A DNA stretch of 64,000 bases from Minisyncoccota bacterium (GTDB taxonomy: Bacteria > Patescibacteriota > Minisyncoccia > Phycocordibacterales > UBA5272): the NCBI GenBank assembly GCA_041651055.1, contig JBAZJW010000001.1:691702-755701 (forward strand), written 5' to 3'. The number at the start of each line of letters is the position of its first letter. Positions within the stretch are counted from its first letter, which is position 1. Positions 57,128 to 64,000 of the stretch are shown one piece after another. The notes under the pieces were generated by a model. That model had not been told where the DNA came from. It worked only from the letters and a program-made list of their open reading frames with translations, and did no database searches. The position numbers and the translations under genes are program-made.

Positions 57128-57243
57128 ATTTTAGACTTTAGAGTATACAAATACGATATGAGACAAAAAGCGGCCACAAAGTGGCCGCTTTTTGTGTTTT
57201 TGCGTTGTCCTCTAACGTCTAAAATCTAATACCTAAAATCTAT
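57125..57243. repeat. TAGATTT-unit palindromic element (family copy 3) with an embedded terminator hairpin; its first TAG is the SET gene stop codon
   Basis: Left arm tagattttagactttagag at 57125..57143; centre AAAAAGCGGCCAC-AAA-GTGGCCGCTTTTTG; right arm cctctaacgtctaaaatctaatacctaaaatctat. Confidence 0.7.
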
Positions 57244-57432
57244 ACTTGCGAACTCTTCGCATTTGCATATACATACAAAAATAAAAATAAAAGTTATCCA
57301 CACATTTTGTATGCGTATCTATTGTGTGTGTATGTGTGCGTGACATACTTAGTGTATCGAGAGTAATGATTACGGTCGTGATCATAAATAACATTTATTA
57401 ATACTCTCTGATTTGCATAATAAAAATATATT

Positions 57433-57546
57433 TATGGCAGCAAAAAAGAAAGCGGTAAAGAAGGTAGCAAAGAAGGCAACAAAGAAAGTTGCAAAGAAGG
57501 CTGCTCCAAAGAAGAAGGCCGCAAAGAAGACAGCAAAGCGCGCGTA
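57433..57546 (+). CDS. Histone-H1-like Lys/Ala-rich small basic protein (37 aa)
   Basis: MAAKKKAVKKVAKKATKKVAKKAAPKKKAAKKTAKRA. A + strand terminator follows immediately. The 77-aa minus ORF from the track is its Phe/Ala-rich antisense. Confidence 0.5.
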
Positions 57547-57568
57547 ATCGCATTTGCCCGTTTCGAAT

Positions 57569-57601
57569 AAATCACCCGCTCCCACGGGTGATTTATTTTT
57601 T
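57569..57601 (+). terminator. Rho-independent terminator after the KA-rich gene
   Basis: ATCACCCG-CTCCCA-CGGGTGAT followed by TTATTTTTT. Confidence 0.7.
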
Positions 57602-57875
57602 CTGGGCATAATCATCTCATTTGCTTCGTTGGGTAATATTTTTTCTCCCGCAATGTACTATTCGTACATCTTGGTCGAAAAAATATTACCCGCCTTGCAA
57701 CTAAGACAATTTCTGCCCAGAAATTTTCGAATAAAATCATTCCATAAACAATGACGGTCATTGTTTTTTTGAATATTGAATATTGTCTCCATTATATATT
57801 CCACTCTTTCTTTCTTATTTTGTTCTCTCTAAAAATGAAGGCAAAAGCTTGTAAATATGCTATAATCTATCAACT

Positions 57876-60419
57876 ATGTCTTTCATTACAAAGCTTTTCC
57901 CCGATGAGTCAAAAAAGACCATCAAAAAACTCGAACCCATTGTAAATGAGGTGTTTTCTCACGAAGACGCACTTAAACTTCTTTCAGATACCGAACTCAA
58001 GCATCGCAGTCTCGCACTCAAGGCACGTGTCATGAAAGAAATCGAAGGGCTTACCGGAGATACTCTTAAACATACAGAAAAGAAAGTCCTCGAGGCTGTT
58101 CTTCCAGAAGCCTTCGCTCTTGTCCGTGAGTCTGCTCGTCGCACGCTTCACATGATGCATTACCGTGTGCAAATTATTGGAGGAATTCTTCTTCATCGTG
58201 GTAATATCGCCGAAATGCGTACCGGAGAAGGAAAGACACTTGTTGCGACACTGCCAGCATACCTAAACGCCCTCACTGGTCGTGGTGTGCACATTGTCAC
58301 CGTGAACGACTATCTATCACGTCGTGATGCAGTATGGATGGGGCAAGTATACGACGCTCTCGGTATCACAAGTTCCGTCATTAATCATCAGTCATCATTT
58401 ATGTATGACAGTACACATCTTGATGAAAGCGAACGAAAAGAAGACGATGAAAAGCGTGACGATGTTGGGTCTTACAAAGTCGTGTATGATTTCTTGAAAC
58501 CATGTAGCCGCCAAGAAGCCTACCGTGCGGATATTACCTATGGAACAAACAACGAATTTGGTTTTGATTATTTGAGAGACAATATTGGATACAGTAAAGA
58601 GGCTATAACTCAACACACACATCACTACGCTATCGTGGACGAAATAGACTCCATCTTGATCGACGAAGCACGTACACCGCTTATTATTTCTGCACCAGCT
58701 GCAGAATCGAGCGACATGTACAAGAAGTTCGCAAGCATTGCCATGTCACTTGTCGAAGCAGAGGACTATACTGTCGATGAAAAGCAGCGCGCTATTTCTC
58801 TTTCTGAGTCCGGTATCAATAAAGCCGAAGAAATGCTCGGCATTACGAATATTTATTCTGTTGAAGGAATGAAGTATGTGCATCATTTGGAAACTGCTGT
58901 CAAAGCAAAGGCATTATTTATTCGTGAACGCGAATATGTGGTCAAAGATGGCGAAGTGATCATCGTGGATGAGTTCACAGGACGTATGCAGCCGGGGCGT
59001 CGTTGGTCAGATGGGCTTCATCAGGCTGTCGAAGCAAAAGAAGGAACAAAGATCGAACAAGAGTCTCGTACACTTGCGTCTATTACGTTCCAGAATTACT
59101 TCCGTTTTTATGAAAAGTTGGCAGGCATGACAGGGACTGCCGAGACATCAAAAGAAGAATTCTATAAAGTGTACGGACTTGTGGTAACTCCTGTGCCAAC
59201 ACACAATCCGATTCACCGTAAAGATCACAATGATTTTATTTTCCAAACAGAAAAAGGAAAGTGGCAAGCGCTCGCTCGTAAGGTGAAAGAACTTCATGAA
59301 AAAGGTCAGCCGGTACTCATCGGAACCATTTCTATTGAAAAGAACGAAGCGGTTTCGAAGTATCTCGAACATGCAGGTGTTCCTCATGCTGTGCTCAATG
59401 CGAAGAACCATGAGAACGAAGGGGCTATCATCGTGGAAGCTGGAAAGAAAGGTGCGGTGACTATCGCTACCAACATGGCCGGTCGTGGAGTGGACATCAA
59501 GCTTGGTGGTCCACAGGCGACAGATGCAGAACGAGAAGTAGTACTCGCACAAGGCGGCCTCTTTGTGATCGGTACAGAGCGTCATGAAGCTCGCCGTATC
59601 GACAATCAGTTGCGTGGTCGTTCAGGACGACAGGGTGATGTGGGAGAAACACAGTTCTTCGTATCACTTGAAGACGATCTCATGCGTGTGTTTGGTTCAA
59701 GTAATATTAAGTCTATGATGGGGCGCTTTGGTATTCCAGAAGACGAGCCGGTCTCGAGCAAGCTCGTATCACGCGCACTTGAATCAGCTCAAGAAAAGAT
59801 TGAAGGATTCCACTTCGACACTCGTAAGCACACACTTCAGTACGATGACGTGCTTAATCATCAGCGTACAAGTATTTATGCGAAGCGTCGCAGGATTTTG
59901 TTTGAAGATGAAGCGCTTGTCGATGAAGTTATCGCAGAACTTATTGCAGAAAAACCAGAACTCGAGGCAGTTCTTGCACAGAAAGAAGAAAAGTACAGCC
60001 GTGAAGCAGTGCGTCACATTTTCCGTGTGATGATGCTACAAATTATCGATACGTTGTGGATGGAACATCTCGATGCGATGGAGCATTTGCGAAATAGTGT
60101 GAACCTTCGCGCCTATGGTCAGCGTGATCCTTTGGTTGAATACAAAAAAGAAGGCTTGCGAGCATTCCGTTCACTTGAAAGTTCACTTCGTGCTGAGCTT
60201 ACTATGTTTATCGAAAACTTGGATGGATTCTTCGCATCACAGCAAGCAATTGCGAATCAGCAGTTTGTTCCTGTTATTCCAGGAGATGGTAAGACTGAGG
60301 CGATTGAACAGGGAAAGATCGGAAGAAATGATCCTTGTCCATGTGGTAGCGGAAAGAAATGGAAGAAGTGCGGCGAATTGAATACCAACGAGCATCAGAC
60401 GTTGATGATGAAAAGTTAG
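57876..60419 (+). CDS. secA: Preprotein translocase ATPase SecA
   Basis: DEAD-like motor motifs, PPXD, and C-terminal zinc finger CPCGSGKKWKKC. Confidence 0.95.
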   Translation: MSFITKLFPDESKKTIKKLEPIVNEVFSHEDALKLLSDTELKHRSLALKARVMKEIEGLTGDTLKHTEKKVLEAVLPEAFALVRESARRTLHMMHYRVQIIGGILLHRGNIAEMRTGEGKTLVATLPAYLNALTGRGVHIVTVNDYLSRRDAVWMGQVYDALGITSSVINHQSSFMYDSTHLDESERKEDDEKRDDVGSYKVVYDFLKPCSRQEAYRADITYGTNNEFGFDYLRDNIGYSKEAITQHTHHYAIVDEIDSILIDEARTPLIISAPAAESSDMYKKFASIAMSLVEAEDYTVDEKQRAISLSESGINKAEEMLGITNIYSVEGMKYVHHLETAVKAKALFIREREYVVKDGEVIIVDEFTGRMQPGRRWSDGLHQAVEAKEGTKIEQESRTLASITFQNYFRFYEKLAGMTGTAETSKEEFYKVYGLVVTPVPTHNPIHRKDHNDFIFQTEKGKWQALARKVKELHEKGQPVLIGTISIEKNEAVSKYLEHAGVPHAVLNAKNHENEGAIIVEAGKKGAVTIATNMAGRGVDIKLGGPQATDAEREVVLAQGGLFVIGTERHEARRIDNQLRGRSGRQGDVGETQFFVSLEDDLMRVFGSSNIKSMMGRFGIPEDEPVSSKLVSRALESAQEKIEGFHFDTRKHTLQYDDVLNHQRTSIYAKRRRILFEDEALVDEVIAELIAEKPELEAVLAQKEEKYSREAVRHIFRVMMLQIIDTLWMEHLDAMEHLRNSVNLRAYGQRDPLVEYKKEGLRAFRSLESSLRAELTMFIENLDGFFASQQAIANQQFVPVIPGDGKTEAIEQGKIGRNDPCPCGSGKKWKKCGELNTNEHQTLMMKS

Positions 60420-60515
60420 AAGCTAAAGGACGGAAGCTAGAAGAGAGAAGTTGGAAGTGGAAAGCTGGAAGCGGGGAAAATACAAAACAAGAAGTGACGC
60501 CGTAGGCGCAGCTTC

Positions 60516-60575
60516 TTGTGCTATAATTTTAGTATCCGCATTATCTAATGTCTAAAAGCTAATATCTAACATCTG
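60516..60575 (+). promoter_or_regulatory. Extended -10 promoter TTTGTGCTATAATTTT followed by a single TAGATTT-family arm abutting the murF ATG
   Basis: TGcTATAAT at 60519..60527. The same 15-mer plus flank recurs upstream of tRNA-Glu at 62547..62563. Arm atctaatgtctaaaagctaatatctaacatct at 60544..60575. Confidence 0.55.
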
Positions 60576-60580
60576 GCCCT

Positions 60581-61882
60581 ATGAAAGATCTCATCAAACC
60601 ATTCATTGTTCGACTTCTCACATGGGAAGCAGAGCTTGTCCTTGCAAAGCACAAACCCTTCATCATTGGTGTGACGGGGAATCTCGGCAAGACGTCTACC
60701 AAGGATGCGATCTACGCCGTCATGAAGCAGCATTTTTACGTGCGTCGGAGTGAAAAAAGTATGAATAGCGAATTCGGTGTGCCTCTCACCATCTTGGGTG
60801 AAAAGTCCGGATGGAATAGCCCTCTTCACTGGGCGGTTATTCTTGTTCGTGGATTCTTCACAGTCTGGCAAAAGAATTATCCGACTCATCTCGTTTTAGA
60901 AATCGGTGCTGATAGACCGGGGGACATACAGTCTATTGCTTCATGGCTTCATCCAGATATTTGTGTAGTCACACAGTTCGGCCAAGTGCCGGTGCATATT
61001 GAGTTTTTTGAAAATAGAGATGCAGTTGTTGCAGAGAAAGCATATCTTGTACAGGCTTTGAAAGAGAGTGGTCTATTTATTTACAATGCTGATGATCATG
61101 ATGGTCAAAAGTTGGCGGGTGTGACGACGTCTCGAAAAGTAAGTGTTGGTATTCATGATGTTGCCGATATAAAGGCAGAGAATGTGAAAGTATACGGTTC
61201 ACCTTTTGCAGGAACAGAGGCGGATGTGACGATTGACGGGGCTGTTCATCACCTTGTTCTTCCTGAAGTGATAGGGAAGTCTTCTGTGTATTCGGCACTT
61301 CCAGCGCTTGCGGTGGCTCGTGAACTTTCTATTCCGCTTGAAGTGGCCTGTGCCGCTCTTCGTGATGCCGATAAACCAAAAGGTCGCATGCGACTACTTT
61401 CAGGAATGAACGGGTCAATCATTATTGATGACACCTACAATGCTTCACCGAAAGCGACAGAGCATGGACTAAAGACATTGGGTGAATTAGACCTTTCGAA
61501 TTCCTCAAGGCAAACATACGGCCGAAAGATTGCTGTCCTAGGAGATATGCTTGAGCTCGGTCAGTACACACGTGATGAACATTACAAAATAGGGCAAGAA
61601 GCCGCGAAGGCATGCCACAAGCTCTACACGGTTGGCATACGAGCACGTGTAATGGCAGAAGGTGCACTCGACGCAGGCATGTCAGATGAAAATATTATGC
61701 AGTGTGACTCATCGATTGATGCCGGTAAAGAATTGGTGCAAGTACTAGCTGAAGGGGACGTAGTGTATATGAAAGGATCTCAAGGTGTGCGTATGGAACG
61801 TGCTGTGAAGATGATATTGGCGGAGACTCATAATCCTAAATCTGTTTTAGTTCGCCAAGAAAAACAATGGCTCCACAGATAG
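60581..61882 (+). CDS. murF: UDP-N-acetylmuramoyl-tripeptide--D-alanyl-D-alanine ligase
   Basis: GVTGNLGKTSTKDAI P-loop, Mur ligase domains, 433 aa. Confidence 0.85.
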   Translation: MKDLIKPFIVRLLTWEAELVLAKHKPFIIGVTGNLGKTSTKDAIYAVMKQHFYVRRSEKSMNSEFGVPLTILGEKSGWNSPLHWAVILVRGFFTVWQKNYPTHLVLEIGADRPGDIQSIASWLHPDICVVTQFGQVPVHIEFFENRDAVVAEKAYLVQALKESGLFIYNADDHDGQKLAGVTTSRKVSVGIHDVADIKAENVKVYGSPFAGTEADVTIDGAVHHLVLPEVIGKSSVYSALPALAVARELSIPLEVACAALRDADKPKGRMRLLSGMNGSIIIDDTYNASPKATEHGLKTLGELDLSNSSRQTYGRKIAVLGDMLELGQYTRDEHYKIGQEAAKACHKLYTVGIRARVMAEGALDAGMSDENIMQCDSSIDAGKELVQVLAEGDVVYMKGSQGVRMERAVKMILAETHNPKSVLVRQEKQWLHR

Positions 61883-62249
61883 ATCTGAATATTTAGCGCA
61901 TCACTTTGTTTCTTCAAGATGTTGGCTTGTTAACAATGTTATATGTATTGCCCAGGCACACTCCACCCTCTTGTTTTACGTAGAGCCCCCTCTAAGTTGC
62001 CTACCGTTTCTTGCTCGAAGCCTTTCTGCATTTACTGCTACAGAACTTTACACTTTCCCAGTCCTCACGTTCCTTAAAGCTCTTCATGGTATTGAGATCT
62101 ATTTTACAAACAACACATTTCTTATCTATTTTTTGAGTGGTCATGAAGATAGTATACAGTTTTCAGTCGACAGTTTACAGCGAATGCTTTTCCGTGCAAA
62201 ATAGGGGATTTGGCATTTCAAGAATGAAGCAAACAGAAATGAAACCATA

Positions 62250-62462
62250 TTATTTCAAATATCTAGAATTATCTTTCTCACAGTCATTTCTTGATGGATA
62301 GATTTTTTCAAATAATTCTGGGCGAGTTTTTCTTACCTCTTTCATTCTAAAAAAACATTTCTTACTGTAATAATCAAAATAATAAAAACTTGATTTTTTA
62401 AATAAAAAATAGGTTCCTGATAAAATAAAGACACCAATCAGCAAGTATGTTACTTTTTTCAT
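62250..62462 (-). CDS. Possible small secreted/membrane protein (70 aa)
   Basis: Signal-peptide-like N-terminus MKKVTYLLIGVFILSG; AT-rich context; weak. Confidence 0.3.
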   Translation of the reverse strand: MKKVTYLLIGVFILSGTYFLFKKSSFYYFDYYSKKCFFRMKEVRKTRPELFEKIYPSRNDCEKDNSRYLK

Positions 62463-62572
62463 ATATTACAGAATTGATTATATCATGCGACCTTGCGATG
62501 GATGCGCAGGGTCGACTAAAATACAGCTCAGTGCAAAATAGGGGATTTGTGCTATAATTTTCTTACTTTATC

Positions 62573-62644
62573 GGCCTTATCGTCTATCGGTTAGGACACA
62601 GGCTTCTCATGCCTGGAAGCGGAGTTCGATTCTCCGTAAGGTCA
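62573..62644 (+). tRNA. tRNA-Glu (anticodon CTC)
   Basis: Acceptor GGCCTTA/TAAGGTC (one G-U), D GTC-loop-GAC, anticodon stem CAGGC/GCCTG with loop TTCTCAT, T-arm CGGAG-TTCGATT-CTCCG, discriminator A. Confidence 0.75.
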
Positions 62645-62792
62645 CATCAACAAAAATACACAGGTTCTTCCTGTGTATTTTTGTTGACTGTGATCAGTAG
62701 AAGCAAACCACCTGCGTGGTTTGCGGGAGAATCGAATACGGGGTCGCGGAACTACTTCGAGCAAAGCGAGGTAGTTCTGTGACCGGTTCTCC
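62645..62792 (+). repeat. tRNA-Glu-associated element B (second copy of the family at 52581..52765)
   Basis: 17-bp perfect hairpin CAACAAAAATACACAGG-TTCTTC-CCTGTGTATTTTTGTTG at 62649..62688; GCAAACCAC-CTGC-GTGGTTTGC at 62703..62724; 68-nt core at 62725..62792. Confidence 0.75.
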
Positions 62793-62931
62793 TCACGTTG
62801 TATTTGGCACTCCATTTCCACCCCAAAATCCAAAAAAGTCACCTAAAGTCTAGTTTCCTGAAATACCTTGGTATATAACCCTTATTTATGTCCTTTATAT
62901 TGACAAATAGGCTATTTCCGTGTTGTAATAC

Positions 62932-63034
62932 TTGACAAAGGGGTCAGAATTTGCTATGATTAGAACACAGAAGAGTTGAAGTGTAAATACCAGAGTTTCT
63001 CAGGTATTTTTATTTTAGCTCAAAGTTATACAGA
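62932..63034 (+). promoter_or_regulatory. Promoter TTGACA-N17-TATGAT followed by an about 65-nt segment ending in a terminator-like hairpin + U-run (tiny transcript or attenuator before 63069 gene)
   Basis: -35 62932..62937, -10 62955..62960; ATACCAGAG..CTCAGGTAT then TTTTTATTTT around 63005..63034. Confidence 0.35.
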
Positions 63035-63068
63035 CGTGGTTCGTTTTGGAGAGCGTAACTCCTAAACT

Positions 63069-63605
63069 ATGATCAAAAACATTTACAAGGTTAGCCAGAT
63101 GCTTGCGTTTGTGCCATTCATGGCCATCCCAAGTATCTCACTTGCCTCACATATTGGTTCACTTGACGCGACTCCTGTAACAAAGGCAGAAGTATCAGTG
63201 AACGATCTCCGTCAGCAGAAAGCCGATGCCATCGATAGTTACTTTAAGGAACGCTCAATGCCCCTTTTAGGAACTGGTATGACATTCGTGCTTGTAGCAG
63301 AAAAATATGGACTGGACTGGAGACTTCTTCCAGCCATTGGTGTTCGCGAATCTTCAGGTGGTAAAGCTGCTTGTGGATACAACCCATTCGGTTGGGGGTC
63401 ATGTAAGCTAAGTAACTTCTCAAGTTACGAGCAGGCTATTGAATCCCTTGGCCGAAACCTAGGTGGAGCCAACCCAAAGACAGCTCGTTACTATGCTGGT
63501 AAATCTACAATGGAAAAGTTGTATCACTATAACGGTACTGTTGTTGAATCATATCCAGACGAAGTTGCTAGTATTATGAATAAAGTTGAGACGTATATGA
63601 ATTAA
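63069..63605 (+). CDS. Hypothetical secreted protein
   Basis: Signal peptide (MLAFVPFMAIPSISLASH); 178 aa; no firm motif. Confidence 0.5.
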   Translation: MIKNIYKVSQMLAFVPFMAIPSISLASHIGSLDATPVTKAEVSVNDLRQQKADAIDSYFKERSMPLLGTGMTFVLVAEKYGLDWRLLPAIGVRESSGGKAACGYNPFGWGSCKLSNFSSYEQAIESLGRNLGGANPKTARYYAGKSTMEKLYHYNGTVVESYPDEVASIMNKVETYMN

Positions 63606-63770
63606 AAACCGTATAGTGTCTCATGCTCAATACCAGAGTAACCATTAAGGTAAATCAAACAGCAAAAGCGCGTCCGCAAGGTCGCGCTTTTGTTTTAATC
63701 TAAAGCATTCCTCGATGCTATACGGTGGTCCACTGAATTTATATGTGTCACCCCAATGAAAATTGGGGTC

Positions 63771-63832
63771 CAGTGTCCACTGGATTCCAAATCGAGTTTG
63801 GAATGACACAGAAGAGGACTTCTTGGCAACAG
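63771..63832. repeat. Cloverleaf-like cluster: three adjacent perfect hairpins enclosed by an outer 6-bp stem
   Basis: GTGTCA [ACCCCAAT-GAAA-ATTGGGGT][CCAGTG-TC-CACTGG][ATTCCAAA-TCGAG-TTTGGAAT] TGACAC. Confidence 0.6.
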
Positions 63833-63838
63833 TATTTC

Positions 63839-64000
63839 TTAATCCTTTTTCTTGTCCAATTTATCGAGACCAAGTTTCTTTACACCAAAATAAACAACAG
63901 CCGCGATGACACAAAAGTTTATGAAAGTTGTGAAGAGTGCTCCGTACTTAATGGTCGCTCCGAGAAAAATAACAGAGGATTGTGTTATTCCTTGCGCTTG
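63839..64000 (-). CDS. mscL: Large-conductance mechanosensitive channel, C-terminal part (5' end outside window)
   Basis: Minus-strand translation ...IKYGALFTTFINFCVIAAVVYFGVKKLGLDKLDKKKD* resembles the MscL TM2/C-terminal helix. Confidence 0.55.
   Translation of the reverse strand, partial: QAQGITQSSVIFLGATIKYGALFTTFINFCVIAAVVYFGVKKLGLDKLDKKKD

Noticed and set aside
57382-57615. 77-aa minus-strand ORF rich in FFA repeats
   Set aside because: It is the antisense of the Lys/Ala-repeat gene at 57433..57546. The plus strand has an immediate rho-independent terminator, so the plus-strand product was taken as real.

Overview
This 64 kb low-GC window is dense with housekeeping genes and looks like a reduced genome, plausibly a Candidate Phyla Radiation/Patescibacteria-type bacterium. 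That placement is an inference from gene content and shortened translation proteins. The genetic code is standard. ORFs stay long under code 11, and TGA closes at least two credible genes (19441..19971 and 47051..47548).

The protein-coding genes cover these functions:
- Translation: rpmE, prfA, rpsB, tsf, pheS, pheT, thrS, valS, typA and lepA.
- Cell wall and export: murC, murD, murF, a MurJ-like flippase, an SLT transglycosylase and secA.
- DNA metabolism and repair: gyrB, tag, an MGMT-like protein and two DnaQ-like exonucleases.
- Anaerobic nucleotide reduction and Fe-S assembly: nrdD-nrdG followed by iscS-iscU.
- Membrane stress: a LemA-HtpX-LemA-TPM cassette.
- A SET-domain methyltransferase next to a 37-aa histone-H1-like basic protein.

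RNA genes:
- Five tRNAs: Thr-TGT, Ser-GGA, Phe-GAA, Arg-CCT and Glu-CTC.
- An RNase P RNA of bacterial type A on the minus strand at about 45222..45610. Its sequence is overlapped by spurious ORFs in the supplied track.

Structures the gene calls do not explain:
- A recombination-scarred tRNA-Ser locus with tRNA halves and 116-bp tandem units.
- Two copies of a roughly 70-nt structured element placed just downstream of tRNA-Arg and tRNA-Glu. The copies show compensatory stem changes, and each carries an antisense match to the T-loop of its own neighbouring tRNA.
- A 2.2 kb GC-rich island at 17.8 to 20.0 kb. It contains a 0.7 kb stretch with no credible ORF and three self-contained small transcription units.
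- A perfect 29-bp inverted repeat inserted in frame into tag, and a short repeat inserted in frame into iscS.
- Several families of intergenic palindromic repeats built from 7-bp units.
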